Shown piece after piece: positions 29,430-40,922 of a DNA stretch of 64,000 bases. The position numbers and the translations under genes were made by a program. Under the pieces are notes generated by a model that was given only the letters and a program-made list of their open reading frames with translations, searched no databases and was not told the origin of the DNA. Location: NCBI GenBank assembly GCA_965153355.1, contig OZ231126.1, positions 29,450,001-29,514,000 of the forward strand, read 5' to 3'. The stretch's first letter is position 1. Each line of letters opens with the position of its first letter. The stretch comes from Flaccisagitta enflata. Lineage: Eukaryota.

Positions 29430-32400
29430 TTTCTCTCTCCTCTCTCTCTCTGTCTCTCTGTCTCTCTCTCTGTTTCTCTCTGTTTCTCTCTCTCTCTCTC
29501 TCTCTCTCTTCTCTATGTGTGTGTATGTGTGTGTGTGTATGTCTCTCTCTGTTTTTTTCGTTTTTTTTCTTTTCTTTCTCTCTCTTTCTCAAGCAGAATA
29601 AAATGCAAAAGCTAGCGTCATAAAACTCAGGGTCAATTTGTGTAACATCCTGACTCTTCTGTATTGTTACATAGGGGCTGAGAAATGGGATCAATGAAAA
29701 ATCTCGATTTTCGCAAAAATGCGAAAAATAAAAAAAGCTCAAAAAATTAATAGCGCCAAAATTAATGATCGTAGAGACTTCTGGTTGGTGCCATTTGAAA
29801 GAAAAAAATTAGCTCTTTCTTAGCTGTGAATATAAAAAAATGTATCATCCCAGGCAGGAAATGGCTCAACTTCCACAAATTCCCCAAATCAAAAATGGAA
29901 AACCCGATTTCTCCCCTACGTTTCAAAAAGTTGAATTACGTAATTCGACTTTTTTCCAATAATGCAAAAGCTAGCGTCATAAAAGTTAGGGCCAATTTGT
30001 GTAACATCTTGACTCTTCACTTATGTTACATGGGCCTGAAAAATGGGATCAATGAAAAATATCGATTTTTGCAAAAATGCGAAAAAATAGTAAAAGATTC
30101 AAAAATTCATAGCGCCAAAATTAATGATCGTAGAGACTTCTGGTTGGCGCCATTTGAAAGAGAAAAATAAGCTCTTTCTTAGCTATGAGTATCAAAAAAT
30201 GTATCATCCCAGCCCCAAAACGGCTCAACTTCCTAAAATTGTCTCAAATCCAAAATGGAAAACTTTATTTCTCCCCTACGTTTCAAAAAGTCGAATTACG
30301 TAATTCGACTTTTTTTCAATAATCGTTGCGCACACAATCCAATGATCTGTATCAGGCTTTGTCTTGCAATTATTGCACGTATTCCAACCTAATAATGAGT
30401 TTTGTGTTTCGCCTTTGCTGTTTTTATATTTCATGAATACAAAAAACATACTACTTTTATGCCAGTTTCCCCAGGGTTGCCTAAGACCTAAGGAAATTTT
30501 TGCCGTCAGTTGTTTTAAAGATGTCCCAGAGATGTCCTAAAACTATCCACCAGCTGTCTAAAAGGGTATATTTTTTGCTGGAAAGTTTACAGATCTGTTT
30601 GAATAAACATAATAATGCTCAGTACTTGTCTAGCCTCTCATCAGCCATCTCAAGCCTCAAATATGCTCCCTTAGACCCCATATTCTAAAATCAGCCTTTT
30701 GGGCAGCGGCTCCAAAGGGGACAATGCACAGTGGTTCCAAAAAATAAAAAGTGCACTAAAATCCCAGTTTTCTCATTGGGACCTATTTCAGACACGAGAA
30801 ATCCAATGGTGATGTTTAGATTTTTCTGTCACTTAAGGATATTGCCTTAAGGGCATCTTGAAAATAGCTAAAAAAATTTTGTTTGAAAAAAATATTTTTG
30901 TTAAGCCTAATTGTAGCCTAATGGTGGCAATAAGTGATAACAGGTGTCATTTGACCTCCTTTTGGGGTTTCAAGGACTCAGAGGCGTGTTAAAGCCATTT
31001 TTCAGCCGTTTTTAGGGTCAAATGCCCATATTTTCAACAACAACGCCCTATTGTGAGGCCAGAATTGAGTGTATCTATTATGACTGCACCTTCCTGTAGA
31101 TTTTTTGAGTGGCCCTACTCTTTTTCAAGCCTCTATGGTGTTTTAAAGTCATTTTTAAGCAGTTTTTAGGGTCAAATGCCCATTTTTTCAATGGCAACGC
31201 CCTATTATGAGGCCAGAATCAAGTGTATCTATTCAGAATACCCCTTCCTGTAAATTTTCAGATTGGCCCTACTCTTTTTCAAGCCTCAATGGTGTTTTAA
31301 AGCCATTTTTCAGCAGTTTTTAGGGTCAAATGCCCATATTTTCAATGACAACGATCTATAGTGAGGCCAGAATTGAGTGTATCTATTGAGAATGCACCTT
31401 CCTGTAAATTTTCAGATTGGCCCTACTCTTTTTCAAGCCTAAATGGTGTTATAAAGCCATTATAAAGCAGTTTTTAAGGTCAAATGTCCAATTTTTTAAC
31501 AGCAATGCCCTATTGTGAGGCCAGAATCAGGTGTATATATTCAGAATACACCTTCCTGTAGATTTTCAGTTTGGCCCTACTCTTTTTTAAGCCTCAATGG
31601 TGTTTTGAAGCTATTTTTCAGCAGTTTTTAGGGTCAAATGCCCATATTTTCAACGACAACGCCCTATAGTGAGGCCAGAATTGAGTGTATCTATTCAGAA
31701 TGCACCTGCCAGTAAATTTTCAGATTGGCCCGACTGTTTTTCATGCCTCAATGGGTTTTTAAAGCCTTTTTTAGCAGTTTTTAGGGTCAAATGCTCATTT
31801 TTTCAACGATATTTCCCTACAGTGTGGCCTGAAATTAGTGTATCAATTTAAAATGTACTTCCCTGTGAATTTTCAGATTGACCGTTCTCCTTTTCAAGCC
31901 CCAATGGCGCTTAAAAGCCTATTTTCAGCAGTTTTTAGGGTCAAATGTCAATTTTTCAACTGCAACTCCCTGTTAAGTCGCCAATATTCATCAAGCTGTA
32001 AATTTTCAGATTGTTCTATTAATCTCGCTTTAAATAAGCGCATAATGCTCTGTTACACACATGCAGAATGCTCTGTTACACACGCATGTCCCTGCCCTCC
32101 CACATAGGCGACTACTTATTGGCCATATATCCAGCCTTGCTTTAACCTGAGAGTCGCGGATGGGTGGGCTGGAGCAGAATAGCGAAAAAATGCTTACATT
32201 TTGTTTTGGTGACGGAACGACGGAGGGACCAATGGAGAGGCCGAGGTACCGACTGACAGACGGACTGACACCGCAAATTCTAGAGTCACTAACAAGCTAA
32301 CGTAGGTAATCATAGCGATAAATAAAGAGCATTTGTGGATCATGGAATTATTGAGTTACAAAGCATACGAAGTATACAAAGCATACAAAGCATACAAAGC

Positions 32401-32678
32401 AGACGGATACATACAGACGTGTATCCTATTCTATCTGATAGACCGATAGACGGACATACAGTTGCAAGCACAGCGAAACAGAAATATTGATGTTGTTTTT
32501 GTTGTTGCCTTTGTAATTTTTGTTGTCGTTCAAATTGTTGTTGAAATTGTTGAAATTGTTATTGTAATTGTTGTTGCAGTTGTTGTTGTACTTCTAGTCG
32601 TTGTGATTTTTGTGATCGTTGTTGTGATTGCTCTGGTTGTTGTTGTTGTTGTTGATAATGTTGTTGATTTTACTGGCG

Positions 32679-32717
<39 letters not shown>

Positions 32718-33557
32718 TTGTTGTTGTTGTTGTTGTTGATTTTACTGGCGTTGTTGTTGTCAGTGTTGTTGTTGTCGTTGTTGTTGATTTTACTGGCGTT
32801 GTTGTTGTCAGTGTTGTTGTTGTTTTTGTTGTTTTCTTTTTGGTGTACTTCTATCATAGTTGTTGTAGTTATTATCAAGTTCATTGTTGTACGCTGTAAT
32901 GCGAGTGAGCGCAGTGAGCGCAGTGAGCGGTGCAAGCGAACAATCATAGCGAGCGACCGAGTGAACTGTTAACAAGGCTGGATACACGGCCAATATCAGT
33001 CGCGGATGGGTGGACAGAGGCGGATAAGCGAGTTTTCACACTTACCGACTCGATCATCATGGTCCAATGGACACACGGACGGATGGATGGATGGATGGAT
33101 GGATGGGTGGACGGACGGACGGATGGATGGACGGACGGACAGACAGACAGAGCCTCTCATAGTGGCTAGTCTGCGATTAGAAACCCGATTGTCTGAGACT
33201 TGAAATACACCCAATAATTCTATGGGATTCACACGGCCCTGAAAATTGATTGAAAGGCAGACTTTCGGCCTGAGAGGGCAGATTTCAGCCCCGAGAGGTC
33301 GGATTTCAGGCCAGAGAGGGTAGATTTCAGGCTAGAGAGGGCCGATATCAGGCCTGGGGGCCAGATTTTGGGTCGGGAAGGGCAGATTTCAGTCTTGGGA
33401 AGGCAGATTTCAGGTCCAAGGGGCCTGATGGGGGGGGGGGGGGAATGGGGGACAAACAAACGGACGAATAGACGAACGAACAAACAAACGAAAGTCCCCG
33501 TGTGTTTTACAAGACTTTGTCTCCTTCGGGGCCACTGCTGAAACAGAGAAACGTACA

Positions 33558-33605
<48 letters not shown>

Positions 33606-36600
33606 GGTTGTTGCAGTAATTGTTGTTGCGGTTGTAGTTATAGACTTGTAGTCGTGATTGTTGTTGTTATTATTGTTGTTGTTGTGATTGCTTTGGTTGT
33701 TATTGTTTAAAAAAAAATGTAAACAGTATTTGGGTCCGCGACGGAGGGGGGTTAAAGATCACCAATTCCATAAGATCGCTATCACCAAAAGATCGCTAAC
33801 CCTGTAAATTTGCTAAAACTTTAAGTCTTACATTTAGAGTATCCATACAAAGATTCATGCAAATCCATTGCAAAATGGCAAAGTTATGCACGTTTTTCAC
33901 TTTTAGGCTAGTAGGAGGGTTTGGTGGTAGGCTGGTTTGAATAAATAGTGTGCATATGTTGAGTTCTTCCATTTAGAGACTCCATACCAAGTTTCAACCA
34001 AATTGGTTGAAAAATGTCCAATTTATGCAAGTTTGTTACTTTTAAGACGGTTAGCTGGTTAGGTGGTAGGTCGGTTTGGCCGGTTAGCATAATCAAACGT
34101 AAATAAATCACATACATATGTTGAGTCCTTCCATTTGGAGACTCCACACCAAATTTAAACCAAATAAGTTGAAAAATGCCAAAGTTATGCACGTTTTCAC
34201 TTTTAGGCCGGTAGGCTGGTTGGGTGGTAGGCTGGTTTGACAGGACAAATAGTGTGCATATGTTGAATTCTTCCATTTAGAGACTCCATACCAAGTTTCA
34301 ACCAAATCAGTTGAAAAATGACAAAGTTACGCAAGTTTTTCACTTTTAGGCCGGTTGGCTGGTTGGGTGGTAGGTCGGTTTGGCCGGTTAGCATGCTCAA
34401 ATGCATATAAATCATATACATATGTTGAGGCCTTCCATTTAGAGACTCCATACCAAATTTCAGCCAAATCGGTTGAAAAATGCCAAAGTTATGCACGTTT
34501 TTCACTTTTAGGCCGGTAGGCTGGTTGGGTGGTAGGCTGGTTTAACAGGATAAATAGTTTGCATATGCTGAGTCCTTCCATTTAGAGACTCCATACCAAG
34601 TTTCAACCAAATCAGTTGAAAAATGACAAAGTTACGCAAGTTTTTCACTTTTAGGCCGGTTGGCTGGTTGGGTGGTAGGTCGGTTTGGCTGGTTAGCATG
34701 CTCAAAATGCATATATACATATGTTGAGGCCTTCCATTTAGAGACTCCATACCAAATTTCAGCCAAATTGGTTGAAAAATGCCAAAATTTTCACTTTTAG
34801 GCCGGTAGGCTTATGGTACGGATAGTTCAATCTGAACCATCGGATAAAATAAAAGTTAATTTATATTTTTTTGAAATCGAACGGATAAAATGTAAAAACC
34901 ATTTTACCACCCGACAAAGATACAAAATTGTTATTTAATTGTTGTTGTTGTTGTGACAACGGTTTACGTTTGAACAAAAAAAACAATGATATTCCGTCGC
35001 GGACAAAAAACAGCGAAAATCATCGACAAACATTGCGTGATGGGACAACTAAATTTTTTGATTTAAGCTTCTTAGGGCGTGTTTCTAGTGACGATCAAAA
35101 AAGCGTGTGTCCCTGTGAAATGCGTTCTCAGTGTGAACACATGTTCATGAAGTGAGTGAAGTGAGTGAGCGAGCGAGCGAAGCGAGTGCAACGAAGTGGA
35201 GCGCTGCGAAGCCAGTGAGCGGTGTGAGCGAAGCGACTGAGTGGCCCGTAAAAACGCAATTGCTTGTGACTAGAATGCGCCCTGAGTCAAAACTAAAGTT
35301 TTAATGTCTTTGTGTGATTTAACATTCTATCCTTAGACATAATGCTAAGGCGACGACTCAACGTAAGCTGTTTCTTCATTTTCTGGCCTCAAGGGAAAAA
35401 AATGTTTGCTAAAACGGGGAAGAAGTGAATTCTTAGTGGCAAAGGCACCAGTCATTTTCCCGCCAAAACCGGGAACTGATTTTTTCCGTTTTCATTTTTT
35501 TCAAAACGCGTTGAGTTGCGAGCGAAAATGATTCCACTAGGCAACGACCACCGATATCCCGAATCTTAAAAGCAAGCCAAAATTTTTACCAAATTTTACC
35601 GTTTCCATTGAGAGCGCCAGAAACATGCGGGAGCGCAATTTGGTGCTTTTTTGTGGGATAGGGTGGCTTCCCAAACTTCGGCCCTTCTCAGGTGATGAAC
35701 CATGTCATTACCTTTCGTTTGGTACCCCGCATGAAACTTTTCTTGGAACACTGCCGTCATGGGCATGAAAACAAAATTCCTCATCGGATGACAAAAGCAA
35801 ATACCAAAAGTCATTTTCTGACTCAACGGACGCTCATATGGACATCGAACTGGCACTAAATGAAACATATTGGGATATGTGACCGACACTGGTGAAAATT
35901 TGAGTCCCAAATTCAAGCTGCGACTGTGGGAGCTTTTAATTTTTTTGAACGAATGTGCAATGTCCTGTAGAACACAGGGGACTTTTGTTCATTCATCCGT
36001 TTGTTCATTCATCTCTCATAGACCCTCTCAGGCCTGAAATCTGCCCTCTCAGGCCTGAAATCTGCCCTCTCAGGCCTGAAATCTGCCCTCTCAGGCCTGA
36101 AATCTGCCCTCTCAGGCCTGAAATCTGCTAGATTCCAGGCCTGAGAGGGCAAATTTAAGGCCTGAGAGTACAGGTTTCAAACCTGACAGGCAAAAAAAAA
36201 AAAAACACAAATATTAGGCTTGATAGTTTCAGTCTGAAGCCTGAGACTAAAGTTTTAGGCCAAATAGCAATTTTCAGGGCTTCGGAGCCGATTTGATGAC
36301 TGAAAGGCATATTTGAGGTCTGGAGGGCAAGCTTCAGGGCATCAGGCTTTGAGGGTAGACTTATGCCACAGAGGGCTTATTTGAAGCTTAAAGGGCTAGA
36401 TTAGAATTTGGGAGGGCTTGGAGACCAAACAAGGCCGGATACACGGCTACCCCAGTCGCGTGCGGGTGCGCAAGGGCCATAATTGAGGTCAGTGGAACTT
36501 TTGGGCACGAGCAATAGGGCCAAAATGCCTATTAACGCCGAAAAAGTAAAGTGTGACGAACGGACGGACCAACGGACGGACCGACCGACAGACCGACAAA

Positions 36601-38823
36601 GCGGCGTGTAGAGTCGTGTAGCACACGACTAAAAATGAGGCCTGAGAAAACTATTTGAAGTCTTAATGGTAAACAGGGGGAAAAAGACAGACAGACAGAC
36701 AAATGGAAGGACGGACAGACAGATTGACAGATGTTTGAATAATCACCACGGTATTCTACAGGACATTGACCATTGGAAGAAAACAGACAAACAGAGTGAT
36801 CAACAGATAAGGCCATAGAGGTCTGATTATCCCAAGAGAGGTTTGAGGGAAAATGTATAAGCAGAAATTTTGATAAAAAAACTCAATTGCAGGACATTTA
36901 CAGTGGGGTTCGTGGAATAACAGCCTAAACTGGAGGAAGGTATTTAAGTGTCTTAATTTTATTTGACAAATTTGATATTTGAAACATAAGCTGTTCACTC
37001 GATGCTTTTCTCCCTGAGTTTTTTGGTTGCTATGGAAACCAAAATTATTTTTTCAAACATTTATAATCACTAAAATATCAATAATTTAAGAAATATTGTT
37101 AGGGAACATTGCTCAAAATTAAATTTCCCACAGTATGTTCTGTAAGAATATTGCTCGTTTGGCCGTTGCTAGGGGGCATCACACCTAGCAACCGCAAAAT
37201 GATGCTCCCTAGCAACGGCTAAACGAGCAATATTCTTACAGGACATACTGTGGGAAATTTGTAGCAAATTTAATTCTGAGCAATGTTCCCTGATAATATT
37301 TGTCAAAATATTGATATCCTAGTCGTTATAAATGTTTAAAAAAATAATTTTGGTTTCCATAGCAACCGAAAAACTCAGGGACAAAAGCATCAAGTGAACA
37401 ACTTATATTTCAAATATCAAGTTTGTCAAATAAAATTAAGACATTTAAATACCTCCCTCCAGTTTAGGCTGTTATTCCACGAACCCTACTGTACTTATTG
37501 GAAGATGCTGAGACGAGTGTTGAACAACTTCATTAAGTATTGACTAAAACCGCTCTATGAACTTCAAGCAACTCTCCAATGATTGAGAGGCAACATTTAA
37601 ATAACTGGTAGACTCCTCTTGGACAACTGTGGAAAATTTGGAGCTGCTGATTGAGTCTCTGAACAATTTTGTTTTTCTTTCAGAATCCACCGCAAGAGCG
37701 AATTTAATTCAAATAGCTTCGGGTCGTAACACATAAAACCCAGCCAACCCTTAGCCCTAAAGCTAACCTTGTCCCTAACCTTAACCCTAAAACTATCCCC
37801 AATCCTAACCCTAAACCCACCCCTAACCCTAATTTAAAAAACCGCTTAAAAAGTCTTAAAAACAAAAGATCGACAGATGGTTGTTCAAGTGTACCGAAAA
37901 TTCAACTAAAAGATTAGAGGCAACTCAAAAGGAAATTTAGCACAACTTTAGTACTACTATTTTAACTTTAGGACAATTAGGACAAGCCTTGGACAACTCT
38001 AGGACAAGCGACATATTCTAGAACAAGTTTAGGATAATTTAAGACAAGTCTAGGACAAATCTAGGATAACTAGGACAATTCTGGTTAGACTAAAGAACAT
38101 TTTTCAAAAATACTTTTAGCTAAAAGGGAATTTTCTTGATATCTTGGAGTAAATTACATACACTTTCAGGACAACTTCAGGACAACTCTGGAACAACTGT
38201 GGGACAACAAAGACTAGTATTTCAATGCTCTGGGACATGAAAAGAACAAGTAAGACATTAGGAAAGATGCACCTGTAGGTAATTAAACAATCAGAATCAA
38301 TTGAATTTTACCAAAAAAGATATTATTTGTGCATTTACTGTACTCCTACAATACGGATTTTTTTGCCCCTATTTTTCCGACCTCCTCCATAGTATTGGTG
38401 AACACCAGCGGCGTAGGGGAGCTGGATTTCTTGGGACATCAGCCACCAAACTAGTGTCCGACAAATCTGGTGTCCCAACAGACAATAATATGTAGTTTTT
38501 GCTTGAAAATTGTGAAAAATCGTAATTACTACCATACTCTTGTTTTCTTTGAGATCTTAGATAAGTGGGATGGGGCCTAATCATGCCTGGTATAGGAGAA
38601 AATAGTTTTTTTCTCTCTCAGCCACAGCTTGTGCCTAAATACCTATCTTCACTTCTTTTTTTTACTTACTTTGCTCCCCTACATCCCTCTTTATTTGCCT
38701 TAAACTAACATAAGCTTGAAAACCACAGAATTTTGATTGCTTTATTTCTGTCTTATTTTCTTTACGGTTCATCTTTTGTTTCATCTATTTTTCTTCTACT
38801 TTTTTTACTTTTCCTGTTTGTCC

Positions 38824-38859
<36 letters not shown>

Positions 38860-38896
38860 GTCTCTCTCTCTGTCTCTCTCTGTCTCTGTCTCTGTC

Positions 38897-38969
<73 letters not shown>

Positions 38970-40922
38970 TTTTCTTTTTTTTTCCTTTCCCTTTTTTTTT
39001 CTTTTCTTTTTTTTTCTTTTTTTTTTTCTTTCTTCCTTACTTTCTTTCTTCTTTGGTGTCCCGACAACTTTGGTGTCCCGACAGCAGGGACATCAATTGA
39101 TGTCCCTGATGTCCCTTGTCCTACGCCGCTGGTGAACACCATGCAAAGTCTCATGACATGGTATTTTCATGAGGCTTCTTCCGAAGTCTTTCGAAGTGTG
39201 AATACTCAGTTACCTGACATTTTCTTCCAGTCTAAACGGGGCCGGCCGATTCCCTTCCGCTTCGGCAAGCGCGCCCTGACCGAATTTGATAACTTCAACA
39301 GTGACAACAGCAACGATAACAACAACGTCATCAGCAACAATAAAAGTATGAATGACGATGAAGAGGAGGATTTGGGCTGGAGCATCGCCATGTTGAACAA
39401 GAGAGTGAGACCCTTTAGGTGAGTAGAGATTCTCTGTTTTGCATTCCAAATAAGATTCCATCCTTTCAACAAGCTGTTACTGAAGTTAATCAAAGATTTT
39501 TCTTGTCGGGATTAGAGATATAAGAATTTGATTTTACAAAAAGCTGAATATTGAAAGTTCTATTTTTGTGTTTGTGCTAATTCCGAATACGTCTGTCTAC
39601 CAGAATAAACCAAATTGGATTATGCATTTCAATTAGGTGAGCCAGTATCATTTTGTCCATGCATTGTTATTGTCAGAATTTTGATAAAATTGGAAATGAT
39701 CATTCGAGATCTGTAATGAAGGGGGTTAATTAGAGCTCATGAATCATTAGTCATGTGCACACGAGTCTACAACTTGTTATGTCCCTGGGATGGATGGACG
39801 GCCAGTCGTTGGTTGGTCGTTAACACAAAGCTTTTTCGGCGTTTATTGGCGGTTTTTGAATCACTGCTTCTGCCCACCCGTCTACGACTTGGGTAGCGGT
39901 GTACCGGCCTTGTTTTTGAGAAAAAAAAATGGTCTTAAGGTAGTAGAGAAAGAGAAAACTTTTCAAGAAGCATTTAACATTCAAAAATATTTTTGTATCA
40001 TTCCATGAAAGCACTAATTCGTTTTTTAATGCTTCATAGGATGCCCCTTAAGACCACTTTTTTTTCTCGAAAAACAAGGCCGACCAACGACCAACGACTG
40101 GCCGTCCATCCATCCCGGGGACATAACAAGTTGTAGAGTCGTGTGCACATGACTAATGATTCATGAGCTCTAATTAACCCCCTTCAAAACAGATACGGTA
40201 AACAAGGCCGAGTGATTCCGTTCCGATTTGGCAAAAGAGTTGACGAGAATATCGCGGACGAGTTGACGCAAGCTTGGAGGCAATTCCGGCAAGCAGCTCG
40301 TGCCGACAGAAACGCCGCCACCATCGTCGACAGTAAAAATGCCGACAGCGAGAAGAAACTTGATTCAATCATTCATGGTGATGACAACAACAACAATAAT
40401 GATGACGGCGTCATTGAAACGGTGGATCTGTTAGAGAATAAAAGAGCTCCCAAAGTGCCGCTCAGATTTGGCAAGAGAATGAGGTATGGATGCGAAAAAC
40501 AAGAATGTAGTACTGAATGTATTAATACTGCGTAGGAAAACTTATCCTGGCGCGCTTTTTTAGATAATTATCAATTAAATCAAGCTAGATCTTTCCATTC
40601 CCACACCCTCAATCCCCCACTCCCTTATCTGTTTCTTCTCCTTGATACCATCCCATCTCGTTTTCCTCGTAGTCTTGGTCCGGAAGCGATTGATTCCGCA
40701 TCTCCCTTCGACGCCGCTTTTTTCTACGACGAAGATTACGACGCCGACGTCGCCGCTTTGGACGACGCCGCCATCTTCGACAAAGTCGCCATGTCAGACG
40801 CCATCAAACGGACCATCCCGTTTCGATTCGGCAAAAGAGCGCCGATTCCTTTCAGATTCGGCAAAAGAGCGCCGATCCCCTTACGATTCGGCAAGAGGGC
40901 GCGACCGTTACGATTCGGATAA
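26602..40922 (+). CDS. Neuropeptide precursor, multi-copy P-[F/L]-R-[F/Y]-amide (RFamide-type), 266 aa
   Basis: Exons: 26602-26673 ([24 protein letters not shown], signal-peptide-like), 39231-39418, 40193-40483 and 40673-40922 (TAA); 801 nt with matching phases 0/2/2. Gly-terminated peptides flanked by [60 protein letters not shown], separated by acidic/Asn-rich spacers. The link from exon 1 across the 12.6-kb intron is inferred. Confidence 0.88.
27674..28096. mobile_element. Fold-back MITE with CAC...GTG termini
   Basis: CACATGGACGCAAAATA...TATTTTGCGTCCATGTG; arms pair over nearly the full length; flanks TCA/TAA (imperfect 3-bp TSD). Confidence 0.8.
30990..32010. repeat. ~154-bp tandem repeat (about 7 units) inside the Transib-like element; same array at ~47210-48095
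   Basis: TTTAGGGTCAAATG recurs at ~154-bp spacing. Confidence 0.85.
33840..34810. repeat. Tandem repeat with alternating ~143/~162-bp units (dimeric higher-order repeat)
   Basis: CACTTTTAGGCCGGT and CCATTTAGAGACTCCATACCAA recur with alternating spacing. Confidence 0.8.
36901..37491. mobile_element. Palindromic Tc1/mariner-type MITE
   Basis: TA|CAGTGGGGTTCGTGGAATAACAGCC...GGCTGTTATTCCACGAACCCTACTG|TA; arms pair almost to the centre. Confidence 0.88.
38406..39131. mobile_element. hAT-like non-autonomous element
   Basis: GTGAACAC|CAGCGGCGTAGG...CCTACGCCGCTG|GTGAACAC: 12-bp TIR and 8-bp TSD; the empty site is visible in the opposite arm of the host TIR (~28263-28270). Confidence 0.88.
39717..40186. 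repeat. Inverted duplication in neuropeptide intron 2
   Basis: 39717-39940 is the reverse complement of 40046-40186, apart from an internal deletion in the right arm. Confidence 0.85.

Larger units (their letters stand above)
30727..35957. mobile_element. Transib-like non-autonomous element, 5.2 kb
   Basis: CAATG|CACAGTGGTTCCAAAAAAT...TTTTTTGAACGAATGTG|CAATG; removing it restores the family-A host motif GGGGACAATGTCCTGTAGAACAC. Confidence 0.8.
28202..39200. mobile_element. 11-kb composite DNA transposon, ~550-bp TIRs, 4-bp TSD (Chapaev-like)
   Basis: AATA|CACACTTCGAAAGACTTCGGAAGAAGCC...GGCTTCTTCCGAAGTCTTTCGAAGTGTG|AATA. The left arm 28202-~28752 is the reverse complement of ~37912-38405 plus 39140-39200. 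Confidence 0.8.

Noticed and set aside
38733-39230. Hydrophobic start of ORF 38733-39422 as the neuropeptide signal peptide
   Set aside because: It lies within hAT and TIR sequence and microsatellite and has no ATG start; a proper acceptor sits at 39230 and a better signal exon at 26602
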